This document shows, piece after piece, positions 9,585-19,415 of a DNA stretch of 55,902 nt (the stretch's first letter is position 1; the number at the start of each line of letters is the position of its first letter). The notes under the pieces were generated by a model. The model had not been told where the DNA came from. It did no database searches and worked only from the letters and a program-made list of their open reading frames with translations. The DNA comes from a virus (Duplodnaviria > Caudoviricetes), in IMG/VR virus record IMGVR_UViG_3300017699_000061, positions 1 to 55,902 of that record; one strand, written 5' to 3'. The translations under genes were made by a program, and so were the position numbers.

Positions 9585-10537
9585 GCAGGCAGTGGATCAG
9601 AAGCGTCAGTCTGTCCGTTACTGCAGGTGGCAAGTCGATTGATGTGTCAGCTCTGCGCATTCGTTTTCGTGTGCGTCAGGAAGATGCTCAGAAACCGAAT
9701 GTCGCTGAGATCTTGATCACCAATCCTTCTACCAACACGATCCAAACCATCAAGAAGGAAGGTCAGTCCGTAACGCTTGAGGCTGGTTACGATGAAGAGC
9801 GAGGCGGAACTAAGGGTCTCATCTTCAAGGGAGACTTGATCCAGAAGCGCTCGGGTCGTGATAATCCCGTAGAGACTTACCTTGCTCTCCTGGCGACTTC
9901 AGGTGATAAGGCTTACAACTACGCCACTGTCAGCAAGACCTTAGCAGCTGGCAGCACTTTTCGTGATCAGGTCGATGTGGTCATAGAGGCCTTTAAGGCG
10001 AAAGGTGTCGAGCCTGGGTTTATTGCGGATCTTGGGTCAGCCAAGATGCCTCGTGCCAGAACTCTATTCGGCATGGGTCGGGACATTCTTCGAGAGATTT
10101 GCACGGCCACCAACACAAGCTGGAGCATTCAGAACCAGAAACTGCAGATCATCAAGAACCGCGAATTCCTTCCAGGTGATGTGCATGTCGTTAATTCTCG
10201 CACAGGCATGATTGGGTTGCCTGAGCAGACTTTCGATGGCATCACCTGCAAGATGCTCTTGAACCCCAAGATCACTCCGGGTTCGAGGATCAAGATAGAT
10301 CAAGCTTCTATTCAGGAGCAAGCATTCTCACCCAATTACGCAGCTGAAGCTCAGAATGCGATGATCCCGTCCGTGGCTGAAGACGGCATATACAAGGTGC
10401 TTGTTGCGGAACACTCTGGAGATACCAGAGGAACTCCTTTCTATACTGACGTGATTTGCATCAGAGCAGACGGCCAGGGTCCGCTCCCAGTAAGCATGGC
10501 AAGTCGCGGTATTGATCTTGATCCGGGAGGACAATGA
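9581..10537 (+). CDS. Baseplate hub protein
   Basis: LEAGY..LIFxG, TGMIGLPEQT and LLNP motifs; synteny. Confidence 0.8.
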   Translation: MSRQWIRSVSLSVTAGGKSIDVSALRIRFRVRQEDAQKPNVAEILITNPSTNTIQTIKKEGQSVTLEAGYDEERGGTKGLIFKGDLIQKRSGRDNPVETYLALLATSGDKAYNYATVSKTLAAGSTFRDQVDVVIEAFKAKGVEPGFIADLGSAKMPRARTLFGMGRDILREICTATNTSWSIQNQKLQIIKNREFLPGDVHVVNSRTGMIGLPEQTFDGITCKMLLNPKITPGSRIKIDQASIQEQAFSPNYAAEAQNAMIPSVAEDGIYKVLVAEHSGDTRGTPFYTDVICIRADGQGPLPVSMASRGIDLDPGGQ

Positions 10538-11232
10538 TGGCTATCGATCCAAGAGAAAGATTTGCGGATCCTGAAGAGATCATCAGGACTGCTGTCGAGG
10601 CGGGCCAATCCAAGATGTGGACGTCGGCTCCTGGTAAGATAGTTTCGTTTGATCCTGCCAAACAAACTGCCTCTATTCAGCTTCAGGTAAAATCCTTCAT
10701 CAAGCAAGAGGATGGAAGCCAGAAGTCTGTGGACATCCCTGTGCTTCAGGATGTGCCGGTTCAATTTCCCGGCGGCGGCGGCATGGTGATGACCTTCCCG
10801 GTCAAGGAGGGCGATGAGGTTCTAGTGAACTTCTCCAGTCGTTCTCCTGACGCCTGGCAGCAGTCTGGCAAGGAAGGTGTCCCTCCGGATGCGTCCATGC
10901 ACAGTCTGTCGAATGGCTTCGCTCAGCTTGGTTATCGCTCAAATCCAAGTGCCGCTAAAGTCACAGGAGGTGTGAATACCACAGGCGCAGAAATGCGGTC
11001 TGAGGACGGCCTGACCAAGATGAGCATGTCGGGAGCCGGGGGCGTGTCGGTCACCACCGACAAGTCGGTCGCCATTGCTGCGGAGGGCGGCACCACGATG
11101 AACGGCAATATGTCGATCACCGGGACGCTGACCGTGATCGGCGACATCATCCTGAATGGCATTCCGCTCTCGACGCACAAGCACACGAACGTCCAGCCGG
11201 GCGGCGGCACTAGCGGAGGTCCGATCGCATGA
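10534..11232 (+). CDS. Baseplate central spike (Gp138/GpV-like)
   Basis: DVPVQFPGGGG..TFPVKEGDE, C-terminal beta-repeats and HKH metal-binding tip. Confidence 0.85.
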   Translation: MMAIDPRERFADPEEIIRTAVEAGQSKMWTSAPGKIVSFDPAKQTASIQLQVKSFIKQEDGSQKSVDIPVLQDVPVQFPGGGGMVMTFPVKEGDEVLVNFSSRSPDAWQQSGKEGVPPDASMHSLSNGFAQLGYRSNPSAAKVTGGVNTTGAEMRSEDGLTKMSMSGAGGVSVTTDKSVAIAAEGGTTMNGNMSITGTLTVIGDIILNGIPLSTHKHTNVQPGGGTSGGPIA

Positions 11233-11585
11233 GGTACCGGAAACTCGACGAGAATGGCGACTATACTTTTGGCCAGGGGGCGGCAGATTTCTACAAAGAT
11301 GTGCCTGAAGCCCCTGCTCAAGCCGTTCTCACGAGGTTGTTTCTCTTTCAGGGCGAGTGGTTTCTTGATCGTCGTGAAGGAATGACGTGGAAGACGCAGG
11401 TTCTCGGTAATCGTACGGCATCAACCCGTGATCCGGCTATACGTCGCCATGTGTTAAAAACCCGTGGAATTAAAAAGATCCTGGAATACAACAGCCAAGT
11501 GGATCGTAATACTCGTAAGTACTCGGTTCAGATGACCTTGGATACGATTTACGGTCCGATAACTCTTCCTGGAGTCAATTTCTGA
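11229..11585 (+). CDS. Baseplate wedge subunit / sheath initiator
   Basis: MRYRKLDENGDYTFG, GEWFLD and TIYG motifs. Confidence 0.8.
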   Translation: MRYRKLDENGDYTFGQGAADFYKDVPEAPAQAVLTRLFLFQGEWFLDRREGMTWKTQVLGNRTASTRDPAIRRHVLKTRGIKKILEYNSQVDRNTRKYSVQMTLDTIYGPITLPGVNF

Positions 11586-12760
11586 TGGCGCTTCCTGTCT
11601 GCACTATCAGCGACACCGGTATTTTCAAGCCGGATTACACGACTGTCCTTGAATACTTCAAGGAGCAGTTTCGTGGGATCTACGGTACTGATGTCTATAT
11701 CGACCCGGACAGTCAAGATGGTCAGATGCTGGCGATTTTTGCTGCCGCCGTAGATGATGCAAATGCCTTGACCATGCAGACCTATCAGGCTTTCTCTCCG
11801 TCCACGGCGCGGGGTGTCGGTCTGTCCTCGGTCGTCAAGATCAACGGTATCGCTCGCCGAGTCGCCTCATATTCTACGGTGGATCTCCTGATCACAGGTC
11901 AGGCTGGAACGACCATAGTGAACGGGATCGCCCAAAGTGCTGATGGCACGCAGTGGTTGCTTCCGGCCTCTGTCGTGATCCCTCCGGATGGGGACATCAC
12001 GGTCACCGCGACGGCCAAAGATCTCGGCGCAACGTTGGCGCTGCCAGGGGACATCGAGACGATTGGAACTCCGACGCGTGGTTGGCAGGAAGTGACAAAC
12101 CTCTCTGCAGCGACTCCTGGAGCTGCAGTTGAAACCGACGCAGAACTTCGTCGGCGTCAGACGGTGTCGACTGCCCTGCCTTCTCGTACTGTTTTCGAGG
12201 GTACGGTCGGGGCTGTTGCTTCGCTGTCTGGCGTCGTTCGTTATCGTGGCTACGAGAACGACACCAACTCGACGGACGCAGATGGTCTACCAGCTCACAG
12301 CATCTCGATCGTAGTTGAAGGTGGTGACGCTCAAGAAATTGGCGAGGCGATCGCGGCCAAGAAGACACCTGGCACTGGAACCTATGGCACCACCGATGTC
12401 GATGTCATCGACGAGTATGGTGTGGTTCGGACCATCCGTTTCTACAGACCCACTGCAGCTCTGATCAAGGTGGCAATCACACTCACCGCGCTCACCGGTT
12501 ACACTGCACAGATTGAGCAGGAAATCAAGGACACCATCATTGCTTGGGTGGCTGGTCTTGAGATTGGTGAAGATGTTGAGTGGTCCGAGGTGTTCTTGCC
12601 TGCCAATCTTTATGGAGCGGCGGGGGTCAAGACCTACAAGATCTCCGCGATGACTATCGCCAAGAATGCAGGCTCCTTCGGCACGACGGATCTGGTCATA
12701 GCTTTCAATGAGGCAGCTGAGACAGATAGCGCAAATATCGTGATCACGGTGGCTCCATGA
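11585..12760 (+). CDS. Baseplate J-like wedge protein
   Basis: DSQDGQ, GIAR and ETDAELRRR motifs. Confidence 0.88.
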   Translation: MALPVCTISDTGIFKPDYTTVLEYFKEQFRGIYGTDVYIDPDSQDGQMLAIFAAAVDDANALTMQTYQAFSPSTARGVGLSSVVKINGIARRVASYSTVDLLITGQAGTTIVNGIAQSADGTQWLLPASVVIPPDGDITVTATAKDLGATLALPGDIETIGTPTRGWQEVTNLSAATPGAAVETDAELRRRQTVSTALPSRTVFEGTVGAVASLSGVVRYRGYENDTNSTDADGLPAHSISIVVEGGDAQEIGEAIAAKKTPGTGTYGTTDVDVIDEYGVVRTIRFYRPTAALIKVAITLTALTGYTAQIEQEIKDTIIAWVAGLEIGEDVEWSEVFLPANLYGAAGVKTYKISAMTIAKNAGSFGTTDLVIAFNEAAETDSANIVITVAP

Positions 12761-13434
12761 GCAAGACCACGGACAGTTATCTGGATCTTATCGGGGCTTA
12801 CCACCGAGGGCGTCCAAAATTCCGTGAGATGATCAAGAAAATCGTTGAGCCAGTGGTTGGTCAGCAGGACTTCTTGGAGCACCTGCCACTGGACTTTGAT
12901 CTGGATGTCGCCATTGGTGTCCAACTTGATCAGGTCGGGGAATGGGTAGGTCGCACTCGGTTCGTCAAGATCCCCATCGCAGGTGTCTTCTTCAGCTTCG
13001 ACACGGAGCTGAGAGGCTTCGACGAGGGTGTCTGGAAAGGTCCATATAATCCTGGCGACACGATCACTCGCTTGGATGACGAGACCTATCGGACTCTCCT
13101 GAGGGCTAAGATCGCCTCCAACCATTGGGACGGGACGCTTCCGGCTGCCAAGGAGGCGCTGGAGATCCTATTCCCAGGCGGTGCAACGCAGATCATCATC
13201 ATCGACAACCAGGACATGTCGATGACCTTCGGTGTCTCAGGAGCCATTCCCTCGGCGCTTTTTATCGCGCTTCTCTCTGAGGGATATGTGCCTCTCAAGC
13301 CTGAGGGTGTTCGAGCCAACTACGTCATCACGACGGTTGCAGGGCCTCTTTTTGGGTTCGACGTCGATAACGAATACATCGCAGGCTTCGACACTGGAGC
13401 CTGGGGCGCCCATCCCGATTACTTCACCAGCTGA
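12757..13434 (+). CDS. Baseplate wedge protein (DUF2612-like)
   Basis: FDLDVAIGVQLD, LDDETYR and DNQDMSM motifs. Confidence 0.85.
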   Translation: MSKTTDSYLDLIGAYHRGRPKFREMIKKIVEPVVGQQDFLEHLPLDFDLDVAIGVQLDQVGEWVGRTRFVKIPIAGVFFSFDTELRGFDEGVWKGPYNPGDTITRLDDETYRTLLRAKIASNHWDGTLPAAKEALEILFPGGATQIIIIDNQDMSMTFGVSGAIPSALFIALLSEGYVPLKPEGVRANYVITTVAGPLFGFDVDNEYIAGFDTGAWGAHPDYFTS

Positions 13435-13447
13435 GGACTAGCCACCA

Positions 13448-14572
13448 ATGGTCAACAACTTTCTGCCCTTTGGCGCTGCTGGCGGGGCCAACGTTCTTTC
13501 TCAGACGGACTACGCCGCGCTGACCGCGCGACTGGGCGGTTTTACCGCAGGTGTGGCACTCTCGGAGCAGCTGAACAAGGTCTGGCGGCAGTCGGCCGTC
13601 ATGTCCTCCACTCTTGGTCAGTTCATCTCCGATCATGCTGTCCTGGATGCTCTGGATGATGGCGATCTTGCCGTTCTTCAGGACCGCCTTGAGGTGGCTC
13701 TTCGTCGGCAGGACCTGAACTACATCGCCACCGTTGGTGGTACGGGCAACGCCATCACAGCATCGCTTGATCCGGCGCCCGTGAACTTTGCAGCTCTCAC
13801 TGGTGTGCCGCTGCGGATCAAGATTGCCAGCAACAACTCCGGAGCGACAACTCTCAATCTCAACGCGATGGGTGCGGTCCAGGTCGCATATCCCGGCGAC
13901 AACTCCGCACTGCTGGCCAATGAGCTGACGCCGAACTCCATTCGGACTGTCATGTCGGACGGCACTCGCTTTCTGCTCATTGACGTTGGCTCTCGTGTCC
14001 GCAGTGGCGTCTCCTTGCGCGGCGGTGTCCTGTATCCGGGCGTCTCTGGTACCGGCTCCTATGGCTTTGATCCGGCCACCTACGGTCTGAGCACTCTCGA
14101 TCGCATCTTGATCTTCTGCTGGGGTGCAGGTGGTGGTGGTGCCTCGATCACTGGATCCAACGGGGCCTCCGGAGCGGCTGGTGGTCTCTCCATTCTCAGC
14201 ATGAACTGCCCGGCCAGTCCTGTGACAGTGACCACCGGGGCGGGTGGCGCCGGCAACAACGTCGGCGGCAACGGCGTCACGGGTGGCACCAGCAGCTTTG
14301 GAGCGCACTGCTCGGCAACTGGTGGCGCAGGTGGTGGCTCCGGGCCTGGTGGTGGCGGCGGTGGCATCGGTGGCACCATCAATCTGGGTGGGTCTGGTGG
14401 CTGCGACATCATGAGTGCAGCCCAGGATTGGGCTGTCGGTGGTGCAGCTCCGTTCATGGGCAATGGCATCCTGAACTCGAGCGGCGCACCAATCGGCTCC
14501 GGTGGTGCCGCGACCAGCACTGGACCGCAGGCCGAAGCCGGGGCTCCTGGCGCCGTCATCGTCTTCTTCTGA
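13448..14572 (+). CDS. Tail fibre protein with Gly-rich C-terminal domain
   Basis: N-terminal baseplate-anchoring motif NNFLPF..ANV..Q..LNKVWRQ; GAGGGG repeats. Confidence 0.8.
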   Translation: MVNNFLPFGAAGGANVLSQTDYAALTARLGGFTAGVALSEQLNKVWRQSAVMSSTLGQFISDHAVLDALDDGDLAVLQDRLEVALRRQDLNYIATVGGTGNAITASLDPAPVNFAALTGVPLRIKIASNNSGATTLNLNAMGAVQVAYPGDNSALLANELTPNSIRTVMSDGTRFLLIDVGSRVRSGVSLRGGVLYPGVSGTGSYGFDPATYGLSTLDRILIFCWGAGGGGASITGSNGASGAAGGLSILSMNCPASPVTVTTGAGGAGNNVGGNGVTGGTSSFGAHCSATGGAGGGSGPGGGGGGIGGTINLGGSGGCDIMSAAQDWAVGGAAPFMGNGILNSSGAPIGSGGAATSTGPQAEAGAPGAVIVFF

Positions 14573-14602
14573 CAACCGCCAGAGCCTGAGAGGCACGCAG
14601 AC

Positions 14603-15124
14603 ATGAAGTATTATGCTCGCATGACGGACGACACGGTCGCTGAGATCGTGAAGGTGAAGTCCGGGGACAGTCTGGAGGATCTCTTCCATCCTGATCTTCT
14701 GACCACTATGGTGGAGGTCTCCTCCAGCGTGAAGCCAGGCTGGATCCGCAGCGGATCGGAGTTCTCGGCCCCCGAGGAGTTCGTGCTGACCAAGGAGGCT
14801 CTGCTCTCCTACGCGGCACAGCGGCGCTGGCGTGCGGAGATCGGCGGCATGGACTTCGGTGGCTCGCAGGTGGCCACCGACGAGAATAGCCAGACCAAGG
14901 TCATGGGCGCTCGGATCCGTGCGACCAGCGACTCGAATTTCACAACGCCCTGGTTCCTTCCTGACGGGAGCATGGTCGAGCTTGGAGCCGCCCAGATCAT
15001 CGCCCTCTCGGACGCCATCTTCAATCACGTGCAGGCGACCTTCGTGAAGCGGGCCGAGGTCGTCGCCAAGATCGAGAGCGGCGACATCACCACGATCGCC
15101 CAGATCAACGAGGAGTTCGCCTGA
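14603..15124 (+). CDS. Tail fibre assembly/chaperone protein (DUF4376-like)
   Basis: YAAQRRW.AEIGG, TDENSQ and HVQATF motifs; follows the fibre gene. Confidence 0.75.
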   Translation: MKYYARMTDDTVAEIVKVKSGDSLEDLFHPDLLTTMVEVSSSVKPGWIRSGSEFSAPEEFVLTKEALLSYAAQRRWRAEIGGMDFGGSQVATDENSQTKVMGARIRATSDSNFTTPWFLPDGSMVELGAAQIIALSDAIFNHVQATFVKRAEVVAKIESGDITTIAQINEEFA

Positions 15125-15570
15125 TGTATGGGTTTAACGTGCACAAGGGTGGGGTCAGCCAAACTGGCATCCCTCACGAGCAATACACACTGATCACCTT
15201 CTCCGACGCTCGGTTCAATCAGGGCAGCATCTTCAATCACTCTACGGGACGTGTGAAGCCGCCTGCTGGACTCTTCATGATGATGGGTCAGATCTGGATA
15301 CAGGCCGGGGCGTCCGGTCTGTACAACCCGTCCTTCGTGGCCAAGATCCACAAGAACGGCAATGATCTCGACGCAGGCATCGGACCCATCGGCAGTGTTC
15401 CTGGGACCGCCCCCATCCCGTTCAGTCTGGTCGACCTTGCCAACGGTGACGATGAATATGACGTCCGTCTCTATGCGTCAGGGATACTCAACCCCGACAC
15501 AACGAGACAGACTCTGACCGTCGACGGGCATCCTGCCCACACCTGGTTCTCAGGGGTCAGCCTCAGCTGA
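15124..15570 (+). CDS. C1q/TNF-like beta-sandwich protein, possible receptor-binding subunit
   Basis: ITF...FNQGSIFN.STGR..P..G, KNG and terminal TWFSG match the C1q-domain pattern. Confidence 0.6.
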   Translation: MYGFNVHKGGVSQTGIPHEQYTLITFSDARFNQGSIFNHSTGRVKPPAGLFMMMGQIWIQAGASGLYNPSFVAKIHKNGNDLDAGIGPIGSVPGTAPIPFSLVDLANGDDEYDVRLYASGILNPDTTRQTLTVDGHPAHTWFSGVSLS

Positions 15571-15592
15571 CCTGCAACGCGGGAGGAACTGC

Positions 15593-16318
15593 ATGAACAC
15601 GCTCGAGATCCAGAAGGCGCTTCTCGCTCGCGGCTTCTCGCCTGGTCTACTGGATGGGAAGATGGGTGATGACACCGAGGCTGCAGTGCGAGCGTTCCAG
15701 CACTCGGTCGGCCTCTATGTCGACGGCAAGCCAGGAAAACTCACCCAGGCAGCACTTCAGTCCCTGACTGAAGAACCACCTGTCACGCCTTCTGGAGGAA
15801 ACATTCCGGCGTCATGGATGCCGAAGTGTGACATGGATCGGATCATTGTCCACTGGACAGCTGGTCATCATAAAGCTTCTTCCAGTGATCGGGAGCATTA
15901 TCACATTCTCTGGGAAGCCGACGGAACTGCGGTTCGAGGAATTCCTACGATCGACAAGAATGTCGCGAGTGGAGCCAAGGCTGGTTACGCCGCTCACACC
16001 TTGAATTGCAACACCGGATCTATCGGTGTTTCCATGTGCTGCATGGCGAATGCTGTGGAGCAACCTTTCAATGCAGGTAATGCCCCAATGACCAAGGCCC
16101 AGTGGGACGCCATGGTTAAGGGTGTTGCGCAACTCTGTGTTCGTTACGGAATTCCTGTGACGCGCGAAACTGTTCTTTCCCATGCTGAAGTCCAAGGCAC
16201 TCTTGGAATAAAGCAGCGCCAGAAGTGGGATATTTCGCGGCTGGCATTCGACAGGTCTGTCGTCGGCGCTACTGCCTGTGGCAACCTCCTACGGCAGCAG
16301 GTCGCTGCTCTTTTGTGA
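15593..16318 (+). CDS. Endolysin: peptidoglycan-binding domain plus Zn amidase (Amidase_2)
   Basis: DGKMGDDTEAAVRAFQ PG-binding motif; IIVHWTA, YH, AHTLNCN..SIG and HAEV amidase motifs. Confidence 0.88.
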   Translation: MNTLEIQKALLARGFSPGLLDGKMGDDTEAAVRAFQHSVGLYVDGKPGKLTQAALQSLTEEPPVTPSGGNIPASWMPKCDMDRIIVHWTAGHHKASSSDREHYHILWEADGTAVRGIPTIDKNVASGAKAGYAAHTLNCNTGSIGVSMCCMANAVEQPFNAGNAPMTKAQWDAMVKGVAQLCVRYGIPVTRETVLSHAEVQGTLGIKQRQKWDISRLAFDRSVVGATACGNLLRQQVAALL

Positions 16319-16334
16319 CGACAGGAATAGCACA

Positions 16335-16736
16335 ATGTTGAAGAAATTGAGTTTGGCCTTTGTCGTCGGCCTTGCCGTCGTCTTGTCCGGGTGTATCCAG
16401 ACCACAACCAAGAACAACGACCCGTTTTGGGGCGAAGTCGCTATGGGTGTCGGGGCTACGGTCGGTCAGACCAAGGCCGACCCCAAGATCCAGAAGGTCG
16501 TCGACACGATCTACCAGTACTGCGGCACGCTGAGAACGGTCGCAGCTCTCGGAACGGTGTTCGCTCCGGAGAAGCAGCGCAAGGCAGCTGAGATTGCCTC
16601 AGCTGCAATCAGCGGTGTTTGTGATAGCCCGCCGACCGGCGATCTGAACGCGGTCCAAGCCGCATTGACGACAGCCGTCAAAGCATACGAAGCCGCGATG
16701 GCAGTTCAGCGCACCGCACCAACAGGAGGTGTCTGA
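16335..16736 (+). CDS. Lipoprotein in lysis cassette (spanin candidate)
   Basis: MLKKLSLAFVVGLAVVLSGC signal with lipobox; SD AGGA. Confidence 0.65.
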   Translation: MLKKLSLAFVVGLAVVLSGCIQTTTKNNDPFWGEVAMGVGATVGQTKADPKIQKVVDTIYQYCGTLRTVAALGTVFAPEKQRKAAEIASAAISGVCDSPPTGDLNAVQAALTTAVKAYEAAMAVQRTAPTGGV

Positions 16737-17085
16737 CATGAAGGCAGAAGATTTCATCCGAGTCGCCTCGCCCTTCATTCGAGTGCAGCTTCTGGCCTAC
16801 TTCGCTCGCTGGATCGGTCAGGGGTATCTCACCCCGACAGATGCCTCTCAGCTCACCCAATGGATCATGGACGGCCTGGCCTTCGGCATTCCGGCAGCCT
16901 ATGGTGCCTGGGCTGCCTGGCGTGCCACCAAGGTCAACCTCATCAAGACAACCAACAACCTCGACGGGGTGGTTGGTGTCGCGGTGACTCCTGAGCTGGA
17001 TGCCAAGATCCCTGGCATTCCGACCGTGACCACACCAGAGAAACTTCTGGTGGAAGTTCGAGCTCAAGACTCGAGCCACAGGTGA
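16729..17085 (+). CDS. Putative holin / membrane protein
   Basis: Two hydrophobic helices; lysis cassette position. Confidence 0.5.
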   Translation: MSDMKAEDFIRVASPFIRVQLLAYFARWIGQGYLTPTDASQLTQWIMDGLAFGIPAAYGAWAAWRATKVNLIKTTNNLDGVVGVAVTPELDAKIPGIPTVTTPEKLLVEVRAQDSSHR

Positions 17086-17513
17086 ACCAGCTAGTCTCTG
17101 TGTCAGCTGGTCCGTACAGCTCGAACCGGCTGTTCGAGTGGATGATGGCGGGAGCGATGCTCCTGCTGTCGTTCACATTCGCTCTCCCTGGAGACACCTT
17201 GGGTCGGGGAGATTACCGCATTATCGCCTGGATGGGAGAGGAGTTTTTTGCCTTTCTCTTCGGCACCGTGGGAGCAATGCGTTGCGTGGCACTTTATGCC
17301 AACGGCCGTCTCCCGGTCTATGGTCCGCTGATGAGATACATCGGCTCGTTCGTAGGGGCGCTTTGCTGGCTCAACCTTGGCCTTCCACTTGCAGTGGGGA
17401 GGCTCGTGTCAGGGAACGTCTCATTGGTCGTCCCAGTCTTTGGGATGCTGACACTGGGAGAATTTCTCTCAGTATATCGGGCTGTAAAAGATGGCGGGTA
17501 TCGTAAACGCTGA
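17082..17513 (+). CDS. Multi-pass membrane protein (about 4 TM)
   Basis: Four hydrophobic segments; coupled to neighbouring genes. Confidence 0.6.
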   Translation: MNQLVSVSAGPYSSNRLFEWMMAGAMLLLSFTFALPGDTLGRGDYRIIAWMGEEFFAFLFGTVGAMRCVALYANGRLPVYGPLMRYIGSFVGALCWLNLGLPLAVGRLVSGNVSLVVPVFGMLTLGEFLSVYRAVKDGGYRKR

Positions 17514-17895
17514 GCTGCTGGAGAACTATCCTGTTCTCCAGCTCTCTGCCGGCGCACTGGCAGTTATCGTTGGAGTGTATCTAACGATCCGGGCGGCTGG
17601 CGACAACAAGAAGAATGGACACATCGCCCCAGCTGGGCACGACCCACTTGGGCTGACTGTATTCTTCAACGGTATCATCGGATCTCTGGCCTCGATGAAC
17701 GAGCTACTGCGTAATGTCAGAGACACACTCAACAGCATTCGAGTGGAAATCTCGGAGACAAATTCTCGACTCGAGCAACTTCACTCCTCGCATCATGCAG
17801 AGATGAGCCATCTTCGAGATGTCGTCGAAGGAGCTCGACCTGATACTTCTCAGCCAAGACCACGTCGTAAAAGATCTTTGGATAAAATTGAATGA
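17491..17895 (+). CDS. Membrane-anchored coiled-coil protein
   Basis: N-terminal TM then heptad-like region; last gene of the late operon. Confidence 0.55.
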   Translation: MAGIVNAELLENYPVLQLSAGALAVIVGVYLTIRAAGDNKKNGHIAPAGHDPLGLTVFFNGIIGSLASMNELLRNVRDTLNSIRVEISETNSRLEQLHSSHHAEMSHLRDVVEGARPDTSQPRPRRKRSLDKIE

Positions 17896-17897
17896 GT

Positions 17898-18383
17898 TTA
17901 GAACGGGGGATCCTTTGGATCCTCCGTTTTTGTCGTTTCATACCTGATCCCATCAGGTCCAATCCATTCATGACCAAGAAGATTAGCGAAATAAGTTCCT
18001 GGTCTTAGAGAAGTATCCTTTACTGCAGGCTGATCGGCGCGGTAGGCGGCGAGGGCGGTGCGCAGACGGATCAGTGTCGGCGCTTCCGTGACATGGTGAT
18101 AGTCGCTATTGTGCGACACGATCTCCCTGATTGCGTCATCCAGCGCCTTCACCAGCCCCTCTGCCTTGGCGGTGAGGGTGGCTAGTTTGATGGCGGCTTC
18201 GCGATGTTCCGCCCGGAGCAGTTGCATGTCATGAGCAAAACCAGCGCAGACCTTAATGGATAGGTTGTTTGACTTATGTAGTTCCTTCAAAGACAGCCGT
18301 TGGCGCTTAATAACGCCATTGAGCGCGCGGATGATTTCAAGATAGTCATCACGTGCCCAATCCCTCTCCACGATGTCAGTCAT
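17898..18383 (-). CDS. Hypothetical protein
   Basis: 161-aa ORF, ATGA overlap with the upstream gene, SD GGAGG. Confidence 0.6.
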   Translation of the reverse strand: MTDIVERDWARDDYLEIIRALNGVIKRQRLSLKELHKSNNLSIKVCAGFAHDMQLLRAEHREAAIKLATLTAKAEGLVKALDDAIREIVSHNSDYHHVTEAPTLIRLRTALAAYRADQPAVKDTSLRPGTYFANLLGHEWIGPDGIRYETTKTEDPKDPPF

Positions 18384-18994
18384 GTCTCGCCTCCGAGGGT
18401 TGAGCGGGCGCCAGTCAGAAAGTCCGGCCCGCCGTCAAACAGCACGGCGAAAGCCCGGCCGTTCTCCTGTCCTTGCCGAAACGCGTTGTTGAGGTCTTTC
18501 CGAGTGATGCGCTCGCCTGTCTCGTGGTGGAGCGCAGCCCCCTCCAACTCCTCGACCCTCGCCCGCAGCTTGGTGAGTTCGTCGTCGGGGTGGGCGGGCG
18601 CCGTGACTTGCCCCTCGATCCACTTCGCGCCGTAAACATGCACGACGCGGGTTCCGTCCTGCTGCACGACGACGCCGCGCTTGCCCTCGCGGGTGATATA
18701 GCTGCCGATGATGTCGCCAGCGAAGCCGTCATGTGCGATCTCGACGTGACCTTGCGGGACAGCCGGGGCAGGCGCGGCGGCGAGGGCGACAGCAGCGACA
18801 CGATCCCAAGCGGCTTTGACAGATGCGTTCGGAAAGAAACGCATCCCCCATGGGGCTTTATCGGGCTCATAATTACAGAACGCGCAGATCATAAGAAACG
18901 CCAGATCGTCGCGCGGGTGAAATAGTGCATGCTCAGTGAACCCGATCGCCCGCAGCGCCTCGACCTCTACGGCCTCTGTCTTGTGCTCGGTCAT
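18380..18994 (-). CDS. Hypothetical protein
   Basis: Start re-called at ATG 18994 (SD GAGG, ATGA coupling). Confidence 0.6.
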   Translation of the reverse strand: MTEHKTEAVEVEALRAIGFTEHALFHPRDDLAFLMICAFCNYEPDKAPWGMRFFPNASVKAAWDRVAAVALAAAPAPAVPQGHVEIAHDGFAGDIIGSYITREGKRGVVVQQDGTRVVHVYGAKWIEGQVTAPAHPDDELTKLRARVEELEGAALHHETGERITRKDLNNAFRQGQENGRAFAVLFDGGPDFLTGARSTLGGET

Positions 18995-19215
18995 GGCCTC
19001 TTCCTCGTGATCTTGCGGGCGCGCTTCGCAGCGGCTTGCTTGCCGGCGTTGGGGTTGGTCTTCCGCGCCCGCCCGCGCCACGCCATGGGCTTGTGGTCGC
19101 GGAAAGGCATTTCGATGAAGCGCGGGTTAGACGGCGGGCTGAGCGTAATCAGCGCCGCTGCGGCGGCTTGCGCCAACATCGGCCCGATCGGCAGGCGCAG
19201 GCTGTCCTTGCTCAT
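18991..19215 (-). CDS. Hypothetical basic protein
   Basis: 74-aa ORF, SD AGGAG, coupled on both sides. Confidence 0.55.
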   Translation of the reverse strand: MSKDSLRLPIGPMLAQAAAAALITLSPPSNPRFIEMPFRDHKPMAWRGRARKTNPNAGKQAAAKRARKITRKRP

Positions 19216-19415
19216 CGGGTGGGCTCCTGGGAGGCGAGGGCAGCTGCTCTAACAGTTGCGTAGGCAGCCTCACGTTCAAGAGGCCACCCGTCACCTTGAC
19301 GAGTGACCACCTGACTGAAAATGCGCCCGCCAAGACCACGCGCTCGCACTTCGTAGTGTTCGCCGAAATCGTCGGTCCACTCGCACTCAACAATGAAGGG
19401 TTCGAGCTCAGTCAT
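19212..19415 (-). CDS. Hypothetical protein
   Basis: Start re-called at MTELEPF; coupled to the downstream gene. Confidence 0.5.
   Translation of the reverse strand: MTELEPFIVECEWTDDFGEHYEVRARGLGGRIFSQVVTRQGDGWPLEREAAYATVRAAALASQEPTR

Noticed and set aside
13424-15028. 534-aa minus-strand ORF
   Set aside because: Antisense shadow of the GC-rich tail fibre and chaperone genes; no recognisable motifs, SD or promoter
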